Virus record (IMG/VR): IMGVR_UViG_3300005332_000001
Span: 1-58,807 of that record
Source: a virus
Lineage: Duplodnaviria > Caudoviricetes
Reading direction: 5' to 3' (one strand)
DNA length: 58,807 nt
In this document: one piece after another, positions 27,510-36,568 of the stretch
Numbering within the stretch: the first letter of the stretch is position 1
How the letters are laid out: each line of letters opens with the position of its first letter
Notes under the pieces: generated by a model
Database searches by the model: none
Seen by the model: the letters and a program-made list of their open reading frames with translations, nothing else
Told to the model about the DNA's origin: nothing
Made by a program: the position numbers and the translations under genes

Positions 27510-27623
27510 GATACCGGGGCGGATCTCGCTCGGATAGCGAGAGGAAGAGGCCGCCGTGCCTTGAATAAATTATAGGATGGAGACGTTCTCAGTGATGAGG
27601 ATGGAGTAGAGCACCTGGCACGC
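27510..27623 (+). ncRNA. Candidate structured small RNA
   Basis: TCTCGCT/AGCGAGA, GGCGG/CCGCC, CGTGCC/GGCACG stems; 15-nt identity with 42187-42201. Confidence 0.5.
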
Positions 27624-27660
27624 AAAACCGCTGGGCTAGTTGTTCCCCAGCGGTTTCTTG
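27624..27660. terminator. Bidirectional terminator
   Basis: AAACCGCTGGG...CCCAGCGGTTT. Confidence 0.8.
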
Positions 27661-27687
27661 TTACCCATTGTGCTATCTGGATTGGCT

Positions 27688-28155
27688 CTATTGGTGCAGT
27701 TGATCCTCTTCTTTGCGGTTGCATCGATGCTCAACCATGTTTATTCCCCATTCTCCAACAGGCTGAAAACATGGTAATAGGATTATTTGTAAATCTTCAT
27801 CGTCAACTTTGTCCTCCAGCCATGTTTTGTCCTCTGCACTCAGACAATCGGCAACACGGAGAAAGGTATCTTTGATACCAGATACTTCTTCTCCGTAGTA
27901 TGCATGTAAAAACAAGTCATCCGCTGAGCAAATGTCTAAGTCATGATAGAACATTGTAGCGTATTCCAGAATTGTCTGAGAAGCTTTCTCGTTTGCCATG
28001 ATAGAGCGGTAAATTGAGTGGAAGCGACGTGAAAGCTCATTCATCCATTCAGGAGGTGAGTAACGTGTAGTTGTAAGTGCCTTGTCTATCGCTTGTTCAT
28101 TTGGTTTGACTGTGTAGTGGTGCTGAACAATAAATTCAGTTTCGATGAGTGTCAT
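27688..28155 (-). CDS. AT-rich hypothetical protein (moron-like)
   Basis: AAAGGAG RBS before ATG 28155. Confidence 0.7.
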   Translation of the reverse strand: MTLIETEFIVQHHYTVKPNEQAIDKALTTTRYSPPEWMNELSRRFHSIYRSIMANEKASQTILEYATMFYHDLDICSADDLFLHAYYGEEVSGIKDTFLRVADCLSAEDKTWLEDKVDDEDLQIILLPCFQPVGEWGINMVEHRCNRKEEDQLHQ

Positions 28156-28174
28156 ACTGACTCCTTTGTCCTTT

Positions 28175-29137
28175 TTATATGGCGAGAAACGTCCCGCTCG
28201 ACGCGTCAGGGCGCGCATGGCTGTATTTATTGGTGGTTGTCAGGCTCTTGTGACCCAGCGTATCGCGAACCAGGGTAACAGGTGCGCCGCGATCCAGGGA
28301 ATGGGAGCCGTGGGCATGCCTGAACCAGTGAGGCGAGACACGCGAGCGGATAACGACTTCGCCCTCCTTATTTGTTTCTCGGTACACCTCGACACCCGCC
28401 CTGATGGCCGCTTCCTCGACAATCCGATTGACCTGGCTGCGATCAAGGCGCCCGCCATTACTCTTTTTGCGTGACTGAAAAACGATCCCCATAGGGTCAT
28501 TGCCCCGGATTTCCAGGAGCGCCGCATAGGCCGCTGGCTTAATTAGCACCTCGCGGCTTTTTCTCCCTTTGCCAAAAAAGTGGACCTGTCCGTGTCCCTT
28601 TACCTTGCCGTCGCCAACATCCTGCCAGGTGAGCGCACACGCTTCAGAGACGCGCGCCCCAGCTGCGTACAGCAGATACAGCAGGGCGCGGTTCCTGGGG
28701 TCAGTTTCAAGCGCAATGATGCGCAGCACCTCAGCCTCGCTCATAATCCTGGCTGCCAGGTGATCCTCGACTTTGGGGGCACGCAAAGCCGCGCCCACAT
28801 TAAAGGTGGTGTAACCAGCTTTATGGCAAAAGGTGAGCAGGGATTTCACCGCACTAATCTTGCGCGCCTGGGTCGCTTCTGCCAGGGGCGTCAGGGATGC
28901 GGCGAACTGCTGAAGCTGGAGCAGATTCAGTTCCTGGAGCGGCGTATGCCCGGTGAACGCTGCCAGCGCGGCTATATCGCGTGTGTAGACCTCAGTAGTT
29001 GAGGCGGGCCGCTGTGCCAACCACATGGCTATCACTACCTCGTCAGTCGCACCAGGGGGCAGCGTGGTATTGACGCGATCATTCACCAAAGCGGGCAAGG
29101 TTTCCGGTTTTCTGCTTTTGCGAGAGCGAAACAGCAT
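28175..29137 (-). CDS. XerC/D-like tyrosine recombinase (resolvase type)
   Basis: RNRALLYLLYAAGARVSE; GKGRKSR; SPHWFRHAH; TLGHKSLTTTNKY. Confidence 0.93.
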   Translation of the reverse strand: MLFRSRKSRKPETLPALVNDRVNTTLPPGATDEVVIAMWLAQRPASTTEVYTRDIAALAAFTGHTPLQELNLLQLQQFAASLTPLAEATQARKISAVKSLLTFCHKAGYTTFNVGAALRAPKVEDHLAARIMSEAEVLRIIALETDPRNRALLYLLYAAGARVSEACALTWQDVGDGKVKGHGQVHFFGKGRKSREVLIKPAAYAALLEIRGNDPMGIVFQSRKKSNGGRLDRSQVNRIVEEAAIRAGVEVYRETNKEGEVVIRSRVSPHWFRHAHGSHSLDRGAPVTLVRDTLGHKSLTTTNKYSHARPDASSGTFLAI

Positions 29138-29153
29138 CAAACAACTTCCTTTC

Positions 29154-29183
29154 AATACAACAAAACGACACTTCTGTTGTATT
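29154..29183. other. dif/lox-like recombination site
   Basis: AATACAACAAAA-CGACAC-TTCTGTTGTATT: 12-bp arms (11/12), 6-bp spacer, next to recombinase start. Confidence 0.65.
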
Positions 29184-29218
29184 CATCCTAGCGTATCAAT
29201 AAGCAAACGTCAATCCCC

Positions 29219-29247
29219 TTGCATCCCATTCATGCGCATGTTACACT
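29219..29247 (+). promoter_or_regulatory. Late-operon promoter candidate
   Basis: TTGCAT-17bp-TACACT with TGn extension. Confidence 0.6.
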
Positions 29248-29275
29248 TTAACTAAATCTATCTGGGGGTGCACCC

Positions 29276-29494
29276 ATGCTCTGCCAGGACACCGATAAGC
29301 GCATGGAAGCGATACATATCCCCAGCGAAACCATTCTGCTTGCTCAGAAGATGCAGCGTATAGTCGGTGTGATCACTGATGAGAATAAAGACGGCAATGG
29401 TGAAATCATCTTTAAGCTAAAAGTTGCTGGTGGAAAAATTAGTCGGGTCCTAGATTTCGCTGGTAAATGGTTTCCTGGGAATAAGAAGAAGTAG
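29276..29494 (+). CDS. Small leader protein (DUF2292/YezD-like)
   Basis: GNGEIIFKLKVAGGKISRV pattern; first ORF of late transcript. Confidence 0.6.
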   Translation: MLCQDTDKRMEAIHIPSETILLAQKMQRIVGVITDENKDGNGEIIFKLKVAGGKISRVLDFAGKWFPGNKKK

Positions 29495-29496
29495 CC

Positions 29497-29573
29497 GACA
29501 AGCAGCCTTCTGGGCCAAGCGGGCGTAAACAAAACAAAGTCGTTGACGAGCAGCCTTCTGGGCCAAGCGGACG
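29497..29573 (+). repeat. Two 29-bp direct repeats (48-bp period)
   Basis: GACRAGCAGCCTTCTGGGCCAAGCGGRCG at 29497 and 29545. Confidence 0.95.
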
Positions 29574-29617
29574 CGAAAAGTTCCACTCTGGAGCTTTTCG
29601 CGTCCGTTTTGTTTTTG
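29567..29617 (+). terminator. Intrinsic terminator/attenuator before late genes
   Basis: GCGGACGCGAAAAG...CTTTTCGCGTCCGT then TTTGTTTTT. Confidence 0.85.
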
Positions 29618-29726
29618 TACAGATATTCTCTTCTCGGGTCCTTTCGTTTTCGTGTCGCCAGTCGTAGGAGTGCCAGGATACTGAAGTTGGGCAGTGATCC
29701 TGGCACTTGCGGGAAAGAGGTTGCGC

Positions 29727-30158
29727 ATGGCTATCCATCCTGCCGTGGTTACTCGCGCCAGACGGATCTGGAATGAAGAACAACTGCGTATCGCTGTGCA
29801 ACGCCTCATTGATGCCGTCTATGGCCGGAAGACGGACGCACCAGCAGCCTTGCACATTCCAGCTTGGCCGACTGATGCAGATCTCATCTTAAACGATGCC
29901 ATCGGCGAGCTGATGGAACGACGGGCAGAGCGCCAGGCTATGGAGACAACGGCGCATGTTCTTCGACGCATGGTTCGCTATTATGAGGGACGCGCCAGGG
30001 TTGCCCGCAATCTGATGAATGATAGCACGGATTCTCGCGTGGCCTGTGGACACGCCCTGGATGCGCTGAGATGGGATGCCAGAGCCGAGGCAGTACGCCA
30101 GGTTGCGGTAAACTTGGAAATCGCGCTGCCGGCGCAGGAGAAAACCAATGAGCACTGA
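29727..30158 (+). CDS. Hypothetical protein
   Basis: AAAGAGG RBS. Confidence 0.7.
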   Translation: MAIHPAVVTRARRIWNEEQLRIAVQRLIDAVYGRKTDAPAALHIPAWPTDADLILNDAIGELMERRAERQAMETTAHVLRRMVRYYEGRARVARNLMNDSTDSRVACGHALDALRWDARAEAVRQVAVNLEIALPAQEKTNEH

Positions 30159-30333
30159 TGTGAAAGCCTACCAACGCGCACTACACCCATTCGAGCACCT
30201 CAGCGACGAAGACATATCCGATCAGCTCGACAGGATCGCCAAACGCAGCAAGGCCGCTCGCAAGGCGCACGAGCGTGCACGGCAGAAGCAGGCTGAGCAA
30301 CAAGCACAACAGGACAAGCGAGGTGTGGCATGA
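30148..30333 (+). CDS. Hypothetical protein
   Basis: AGGAG RBS; overlaps neighbours. Confidence 0.65.
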   Translation: MSTDVKAYQRALHPFEHLSDEDISDQLDRIAKRSKAARKAHERARQKQAEQQAQQDKRGVA

Positions 30334-30710
30334 GCGAGCAAGAAAGCGATACATGCAAGACATGCGGAGGTGTAAAGCGTATTGACTGGACGATCAGTTT
30401 TGAACAATGCCGCCCAGTTGAAATGCGATTCGATCCTGCATCGCTTGCGAGCGGCAATTGGCGCTTGTGTCCTGGCCATTCTGAGTTAGCGCCGAATCAT
30501 GATGGCAAACTGGATGCGCAGGGAAAGCACGAGGTTTCCTACTGGAAAGACAAACTCGCGCGCCAGACTTGGGTGTGTATCGAAGAGACCGACGACCTGT
30601 TGGATGAGCCTGAGCATGTGCAGCTAACGCCTACACAAGCTCTCTCCCTGCTCGCATGGCTCAGGCAGGAAGAGGCAGAGTTACAGCGACTGGCTGAGGA
30701 GGCATCATGA
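30330..30710 (+). CDS. Hypothetical protein
   Basis: ATGA coupling; CKTCGG. Confidence 0.7.
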   Translation: MSEQESDTCKTCGGVKRIDWTISFEQCRPVEMRFDPASLASGNWRLCPGHSELAPNHDGKLDAQGKHEVSYWKDKLARQTWVCIEETDDLLDEPEHVQLTPTQALSLLAWLRQEEAELQRLAEEAS

Positions 30711-30814
30711 TGGGCTGGATTATCGGCATCGCCGCGTTCCTAGCGTTCGACGCGCTGGCCTATGCTGTGTGGCGCTGGTGGCTGCTGCCAAAAGCAGAGG
30801 AGGCGAGCGAGTAG
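30707..30814 (+). CDS. 35-aa single-TM peptide
   Basis: MMGWIIGIAAFLAFDALAYAVWRWWLLPKAEEASE; GAGGAGG RBS; fills the gap exactly. Confidence 0.65.
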   Translation: MMGWIIGIAAFLAFDALAYAVWRWWLLPKAEEASE

Positions 30815-31261
30815 ATGCCACAAAAGCCGGACAACCAAAGGGTACCAAATCGCGATGTGAACGCCGCGCAGCGTGCCACCCAGGCGCTGGATCTGCGCGC
30901 CAAGAAGCTCACCTATGACGCGATCGCGAAGCAGACCGGCTATGGCTCCGCGTCCGCCTGCCGCAAGGCCGTTCTGCGCGAGATGAACCGCGTCGTGGTG
31001 ACCAATGTTGATGAGCTGCGCCGCGAGCAGTTACACGAGCTGGACCTGCTCCAGCAGGAAGTCTGGGAACTGGCGACGGACAAGAAGAACAAAGGACGCC
31101 TCTTCGCAGTAGATCGGTTGCTTCAGATTATGGAGCGCCGCGCGAAGCTGATGGGACTCGATCAGTCAGCGGACAGCGCGATTGCCGCGGCCCAGGTCAT
31201 CATTCGCGAGGTGCCGGCGGGCTATCTCGGGCTGGAGCCATCCAGGGAGGTGCAGGCGTGA
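30815..31261 (+). CDS. Terminase small subunit
   Basis: HTH (LTYDAIAKQTGY); ERRAKLMGLD; upstream of TerL. Confidence 0.8.
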   Translation: MPQKPDNQRVPNRDVNAAQRATQALDLRAKKLTYDAIAKQTGYGSASACRKAVLREMNRVVVTNVDELRREQLHELDLLQQEVWELATDKKNKGRLFAVDRLLQIMERRAKLMGLDQSADSAIAAAQVIIREVPAGYLGLEPSREVQA

Positions 31262-31464
31262 CAGAGTATCGCCGGATCAAGATTGTCCCTGATGCCCAAG
31301 GGTTGCCTCATGTCTACGTACTTGGGACTGACATCGAATTGGCGTATGTTCATAGCGCTCGCGTAGACCTCCAGAGCGGCTCTGTCCCAGTTGCACGCTT
31401 GGAAATTCTTGAACCAGAGGTCGAGATCAAGCCAAGAGTAACTGGCGAGGAGGCTCGTTCATGA
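31258..31464 (+). CDS. Hypothetical protein
   Basis: Coupled overlaps on both sides. Confidence 0.65.
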   Translation: MTEYRRIKIVPDAQGLPHVYVLGTDIELAYVHSARVDLQSGSVPVARLEILEPEVEIKPRVTGEEARS

Positions 31465-32864
31465 CCACTTTCGCCCTTGCTCCCGCTCGCGAAGAGATCC
31501 ACATTCCCGCACCAGAACTGCGCGGTGCGAACCTGGCCCTGGGTGCGTGCCGTGATACCGAGGTGTGCATCGAGGGACCGGCAGGCACGGGCAAGACCAT
31601 CGCCGCGCTGTATAAGATCCATATGTTGCTCCTGAGCTATCCTGGCGCGAAAGCACTGGTGGCAAGGAAGCGCAACACAGACCTGGCCGGCTCCGCGATG
31701 GCCACGTATCGCGATCACATCCTGGATGAGCGGGAAGGCGTGCACTATTTCGGTGGCAACAAGGTCAGGCCGGCTGCCTACGAGTACCCCAATGGCAGCC
31801 AACTGGTCGTCAACGGCCTTGATAAGCCGGGCAAGGTCAAGAGTTGGGAGTTTGATATTGCCTACATCAACGAGGCGACCGAGTGCTCCGTCGAGGATAT
31901 CGAGTTCGTGCGCAGCCGCCTGCGCCACGGTAAGCTGCCGTACCACCAATTGCTCCTCGACTGCAACCCCGATGCACCTGGTCACTGGCTGAACCAACGC
32001 ATGAATGACGGACTGACGACCAGGCTCATCTCACGCCACGAAGATAACCCGGCGTACTGGGATGTCAACACACAGGACTGGACCGAGGCCGGGCGCAACT
32101 ACATCTTTGGCGTGCTGGCTGGACTGACTGGCGTGCGCCTAGCCAGGAACCGCTACGGTATCTGGGCTGCGGCGGAGGGCACGGTCTATGAGGATAGCTG
32201 GGACCGGGCGCGCAATGTCGTCGAGCGCGTCGAAATCAAGCGGGAATGGCCCAGGTACCTGGCCATCGATTTCGGCTTCACAAATCCATTCGTGTGTCTC
32301 TGGGCAGCCATCGACCCCGATGGGCGGATCTGGATCTACCGCCAAATCTACCGCACGAAGCGCCTGGTGGAAGAGCACGCCCGCGATATCGCCATCGCGT
32401 CGGGCTGGTTCCATCTCTTGCCGAAGGATCATGAGAAATACAAAGATCGCCCAGCCGATTGGGCTGATCCATTGCCGCGTGAGATCATCGCCGACCACGA
32501 CGCCGAGGATCGGGCGACGCTGGAAAAACACCTGCGCATGGTCACTACGCCGGCGAAAAAGACGATCTCCGATGGCATTCAGGCGGTGGCCTCGCGACTG
32601 CGTGCGGCTGGCGACGGAAAGCCGCGCGTACTCATCGTGGGTGGCAAACTGTGGGAGCGTGACGAGGAACTGGCCAAAGCCAAGCGTCCTTTGTGCTTGG
32701 AGGAGGAGCCAGAGGTATATGTATGGAAGAAAGGCGCTGATTTGAGCGCCAAAGAGGAGCCGGTTAAGGAAAATGACCACGCTCTCGACGCACTGCGCTA
32801 CCTGGTGGCGCGCTTTGATCTTGAACCGACTGGCGTGAGCTACTACAAGAATATCTGGAGATAG
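31461..32864 (+). CDS. terL: Terminase large subunit
   Basis: GPAGTGKT; YINEATE; DCNP; IDFGFTNP; NDHALDALRY. Confidence 0.95.
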   Translation: MTTFALAPAREEIHIPAPELRGANLALGACRDTEVCIEGPAGTGKTIAALYKIHMLLLSYPGAKALVARKRNTDLAGSAMATYRDHILDEREGVHYFGGNKVRPAAYEYPNGSQLVVNGLDKPGKVKSWEFDIAYINEATECSVEDIEFVRSRLRHGKLPYHQLLLDCNPDAPGHWLNQRMNDGLTTRLISRHEDNPAYWDVNTQDWTEAGRNYIFGVLAGLTGVRLARNRYGIWAAAEGTVYEDSWDRARNVVERVEIKREWPRYLAIDFGFTNPFVCLWAAIDPDGRIWIYRQIYRTKRLVEEHARDIAIASGWFHLLPKDHEKYKDRPADWADPLPREIIADHDAEDRATLEKHLRMVTTPAKKTISDGIQAVASRLRAAGDGKPRVLIVGGKLWERDEELAKAKRPLCLEEEPEVYVWKKGADLSAKEEPVKENDHALDALRYLVARFDLEPTGVSYYKNIWR

Positions 32865-32870
32865 ACGCCC

Positions 32871-34328
32871 ATGCAAGTACAACTCTCACAATTCAGCCCA
32901 CAACAGCAAGCCCAATCACTGGCCCAGGCTCCAGTCAGCCAGGCCGAGCAAAACCGCAAGCAGCAAATGGGCGACGCCTGGAAAGCGTATCAGGGTGAAT
33001 TTCAGAAGCCACTCAAAGTTGCGGCTAATCAGCCAGATGACAACGTGTTGAGCAACCGTTGCTCGCCGATTGTGGACAAGGGGGTCAGCTTCCTGTTTGG
33101 CCCAGTCCTCAAAATCGAATGTGACGACCAGGATTTTGTAGACGGCCTATGGGGCGACGACGACGAACGTATGACGCTGCTCTCAAAAATGGCGATCAAT
33201 GGCGGTGCGTTTGGGCAGGTGTTCGTGAAGCTTATTCCTGCTTCTGGCAACATGAAATATCCGCGCCTCGTCAACCTCGATCCGCGCGTTGTACGCATTG
33301 TCACTGATCCTGAGGACTGTGATCTGCATCTGGCATACGTGATCGAATACCCTGGCTTTAATGATGTCCAGAAACGCCAGGTGATCGCGCGCGTGGACCC
33401 CGACGATGATTTAGAGTTTGCGGGCAACGATCTGCGCGACACGTGGACCATCACCAATTATGTGCGCCGTGGGCAGTCAGGAACCTGGCAGCAGCAGGGC
33501 GAAGTGGAAGACTGGCCCTACCCGTTTGCTCCCGTCCTTACCTGGCAGAATCTGCCCAACCCCAACGAGCCAATAGGCAAGCCTGACCTGACACCTGATC
33601 TCGTTCAACTCAACAAAGTGCTGAACTTCGTGCAGTCGAACACATCCAGGATTATTAAATATCACGCGCATCCGAAGACGTGGGGCAAGGGCTTCCGCGC
33701 ATCACAGATGAGCGTCGCCGTAGATGATGTATTTGTCATCGAAGCACCAGATGGGAGCCTGCAAAACCTGGAGATGACAAGCAACCTGGAAAGCTCGCGT
33801 GCATTCGCTGGAGACATTCGATCTGATATGGATGAGCAGAGCCGCGTACCCGCTGTGGCACTCGGGCGACTGGAGTCGCTGCCGAAGGGCAATATCTCGG
33901 GCGTCGCGTTGCAGTTGTTATTCCAGCCGCTCACCGAAAAAACGGTACAAAAACAACGGCTCTATGGTTGTGGTGTTCGCGATGTCACCCGCGCATCCAT
34001 GGTGGTGGCTGGCAAAATCAGCATTGAAGAGTACGAGGACTACCAGGTGGATCTGCACTGGCAAAACCTCCTGCCGGTGGATGACCTGGCCGCCGCGCAA
34101 ACTGGACTCATTCTGAAGCAGATCGGAATTTCAGACTCAACAATTCAAAGTCAGTTGGGCTATGATCCCGACGACGAGGCCGATAAGAGTGCTGTAGAAG
34201 ACCAGAAGAAGATGGAGGCCTACAGCCGTGGGCAAGGCTTCCCACCGCCATCTCCACAGCAGCAACCGGGCCAGACTCCTGCACAGCCAGGGCAGCAACA
34301 GGCGACGCAACCAGGAGGTGAGCGGTAG
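32871..34328 (+). CDS. Portal protein (SPP1 gp6-like)
   Basis: IVDKGVSFLFG; GNISGVALQL; position after TerL. Confidence 0.9.
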   Translation: MQVQLSQFSPQQQAQSLAQAPVSQAEQNRKQQMGDAWKAYQGEFQKPLKVAANQPDDNVLSNRCSPIVDKGVSFLFGPVLKIECDDQDFVDGLWGDDDERMTLLSKMAINGGAFGQVFVKLIPASGNMKYPRLVNLDPRVVRIVTDPEDCDLHLAYVIEYPGFNDVQKRQVIARVDPDDDLEFAGNDLRDTWTITNYVRRGQSGTWQQQGEVEDWPYPFAPVLTWQNLPNPNEPIGKPDLTPDLVQLNKVLNFVQSNTSRIIKYHAHPKTWGKGFRASQMSVAVDDVFVIEAPDGSLQNLEMTSNLESSRAFAGDIRSDMDEQSRVPAVALGRLESLPKGNISGVALQLLFQPLTEKTVQKQRLYGCGVRDVTRASMVVAGKISIEEYEDYQVDLHWQNLLPVDDLAAAQTGLILKQIGISDSTIQSQLGYDPDDEADKSAVEDQKKMEAYSRGQGFPPPSPQQQPGQTPAQPGQQQATQPGGER

Positions 34329-34333
34329 TGCGT

Positions 34334-34507
34334 ATGTTCATCCCGAAACTATGGGTAGATGCGCTTAATAGGTCTATTCTCAATGAGCTTAGAGCCATGC
34401 GCAAACAGATCATCTGGGAAGCGCACAGACAACTCAGGAAAGATCACCAGCGCACACGTCGCCAACATCGGGCTGCGTTCAGGCGGAGAAAGCGAGGGCT
34501 GGCATGA
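34334..34507 (+). CDS. Small Arg-rich protein
   Basis: MFIPKLWVDALNRS...RRRKRGLA; ATGA coupling downstream. Confidence 0.55.
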   Translation: MFIPKLWVDALNRSILNELRAMRKQIIWEAHRQLRKDHQRTRRQHRAAFRRRKRGLA

Positions 34508-34722
34508 GCGGGCCATTGAAAGCAGTAAGCAATGTGATCGAACTCAAGCCAGGCCACAAGTACTTGCTGGTGTTCAAAGGCGCGCACCTCACCGCAAGAA
34601 GCTTGCATGAAATGTCAGAAGCGCTGAATGGGCTTGGTGTCAAAGGTATCTCGATTGCACTGGACATGGAAGATGATCTGCGTGTGATCGAAGTACCGAA
34701 TGAGCCAGAGGAGCAAGCATAG
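34504..34722 (+). CDS. Hypothetical protein
   Basis: Coupled overlaps. Confidence 0.65.
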   Translation: MSGPLKAVSNVIELKPGHKYLLVFKGAHLTARSLHEMSEALNGLGVKGISIALDMEDDLRVIEVPNEPEEQA

Positions 34723-35762
34723 TGACCAAAGGCCGCCTGCAGCATGTCACCCAGAACTATCTCTCCCGCCTGCAAGCGCGCGAAGCGAAAGCAGAGCAGG
34801 CGCTGGAGGCAGGGTACAAGCACACGCTGGCCAGCATTCAGCCGAAGCTCGACGCGCTCTATGACCAGATGGTCGAGGCGATGGCAGGCGGTGAGCAGAT
34901 ACCGCTGCACTGGTTGTATGAAGCGAATAGGCTACAATCGCTGACCAGGTTTATCGAGAACCAGATGAACCACTTCGGTGCGCTCACTGATATGCAGGTT
35001 CGGCAGCTCCAGCACTATGCGGTGGACCTCGGTTCTGACGCAGCCATGAACCAGCTGCAGGCAACGCTGCCACCTGGCTCGATCTACGCGTTCAATGAGC
35101 CGAATGTCAAAGCGATCGCCAACATCATCGGTGCGACCCAGTCGGGCAGCCCGTTGGCAGATCTGTTTGCGGGATTTGGCAGCGAGGCGGCACAAAAAGC
35201 CAGTGATGCGCTCATCCTGGGAATTACCACTGGCCAGCACCCGCGTACCGTTGCCAATGACATCCAACAAGCGCTGGGCGTATCGCGGGCCAGGGCGCTG
35301 ACGATCGCACAGAATGAAATGATGCGTGCATTTCGCTCAAGTAGTTTGGAAACATACCAAGCAAACAGCAATATAGTTAGTGGTTGGCAATGGTTGGCTT
35401 CGCTTGGAAGCGCATGTATCGCATGTACAGAGGAGAACGGATCGATCCATCCGCTCGACGAGGATATGGCAAGCCATGTGCGGTGCAGATGCACCATGGT
35501 TCCGGTGACAAAGTCGTATAGCAACATTCTCGGGATCGATGTGGGCGACAACGGCTCATCTGGGATGCTCATTCCTGATGGCTCTGAGTGGTTCGCCAGG
35601 CAGGATGAGAGCACCCAGCGGCAGATCCTGGGCAGTGATGCGCGGTACGAGGCCTACCAGAACGGCGTCTCGCTCAAGGACATGGTGGGCATAAAGCACG
35701 ACCCCGACTGGGGATCGTCAATTTATATCAAACCATTGAAAGATTTGGTGAAAGCGCGGTGA
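34722..35762 (+). CDS. Minor head protein, MuF/SPP1 gp7 family
   Basis: RALTIAQNE; WQWLA; CIAC; HVRCRCTMVP. Confidence 0.9.
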   Translation: MTKGRLQHVTQNYLSRLQAREAKAEQALEAGYKHTLASIQPKLDALYDQMVEAMAGGEQIPLHWLYEANRLQSLTRFIENQMNHFGALTDMQVRQLQHYAVDLGSDAAMNQLQATLPPGSIYAFNEPNVKAIANIIGATQSGSPLADLFAGFGSEAAQKASDALILGITTGQHPRTVANDIQQALGVSRARALTIAQNEMMRAFRSSSLETYQANSNIVSGWQWLASLGSACIACTEENGSIHPLDEDMASHVRCRCTMVPVTKSYSNILGIDVGDNGSSGMLIPDGSEWFARQDESTQRQILGSDARYEAYQNGVSLKDMVGIKHDPDWGSSIYIKPLKDLVKAR

Positions 35763-35765
35763 AAA

Positions 35766-36020
35766 ATGGCTGATCTCAAAATCATCGGACAACCAGAGGC
35801 AGAAGCACCGGCTCCACAGCCGACGTTTCCGAGTACCAATCTCCAAGTCACTCCAGATGGGCTGCTCATTACCATCATGCTCGCACCTGGGCTGATCATC
35901 CAGCAGGGAGTAGGCGAGGCGGCAATGAATGCCGTGTGCAAGCAGTGGCTGCAATCACGCAAGGACGTCAAGCAGCAGTTGGAGATGATCCAGCACGTCA
36001 AAAAGAGCAAGATCCAGTGA
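35766..36020 (+). CDS. Hypothetical protein
   Basis: In operon order. Confidence 0.7.
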   Translation: MADLKIIGQPEAEAPAPQPTFPSTNLQVTPDGLLITIMLAPGLIIQQGVGEAAMNAVCKQWLQSRKDVKQQLEMIQHVKKSKIQ

Positions 36021-36203
36021 GCGACCGAACTGATCGAGAAAATTGTCACGGTAGCAGAAAAAGCGCTCGATGACGCTGATACAACCTGGGAGAGTGACTG
36101 GCCTGGGATTTTGTCTCAAGGACTAGAAGACATTCTCAAACTCTGTCGAGAATACATTTCAGATCACATGAAAGGAGAGCAAGAACATGGGAGGCAAACC
36201 TAG
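36017..36203 (+). pseudogene. Small gene with apparent 1-bp insertion near 36026
   Basis: Removing one C gives MSDELIEKIVTVAEKALDDADTTWESDW... to TAG 36203. Confidence 0.5.
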
Positions 36204-36312
36204 CAAAAGCACGCCAGCGGACAAGCGCCTGGCTGCCAACAAGCCGAAACCACCAGCAGGCAGCGGCTCGTCAATGAGTTCACAAAAGCCGCCGAAGAAA
36301 GGCGGGAAGTAA
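36187..36312 (+). CDS. 41-aa basic Lys/Pro-rich peptide
   Basis: AAAGGAG RBS; MGGKPSKSTPADKRLAANKPK... Confidence 0.65.
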   Translation: MGGKPSKSTPADKRLAANKPKPPAGSGSSMSSQKPPKKGGK

Positions 36313-36558
36313 ATGGGCCGCGGCATTCTCTCGCTTCACCTGGACGTGATCGCCGGTGCCCTACAGATCCCAGAGGGCTACAAACTGCTGTCGATCCACT
36401 ATGATGCCGCTACCCAGATGACGCACCTGCTTATCGGCTCAGAACATCTGGAAGAGCCAACGGAGGGAGCGAGCTTGCCGCGGCTCAGCCTACTGGACTC
36501 GGTGGAATATGTGCCGCACGAGTATCGTAAGGTAACAACTCGAATAGAGAAAGGGTAA
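36313..36558 (+). CDS. Hypothetical protein
   Basis: TAAATG junction. Confidence 0.65.
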   Translation: MGRGILSLHLDVIAGALQIPEGYKLLSIHYDAATQMTHLLIGSEHLEEPTEGASLPRLSLLDSVEYVPHEYRKVTTRIEKG

Positions 36559-36568
36559 GGAGACAATT

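Noticed and set aside
27422-27623. tmRNA, Y RNA or hammerhead ribozyme
   Set aside because: No tag ORF or tmRNA-type acceptor with CCA, a full D stem is present, and the CUGAUGA/GAAA core is absent.
29497-29573. Mini CRISPR array
   Set aside because: Only two repeats with a 19-nt gap, overlapping a terminator; no cas genes.
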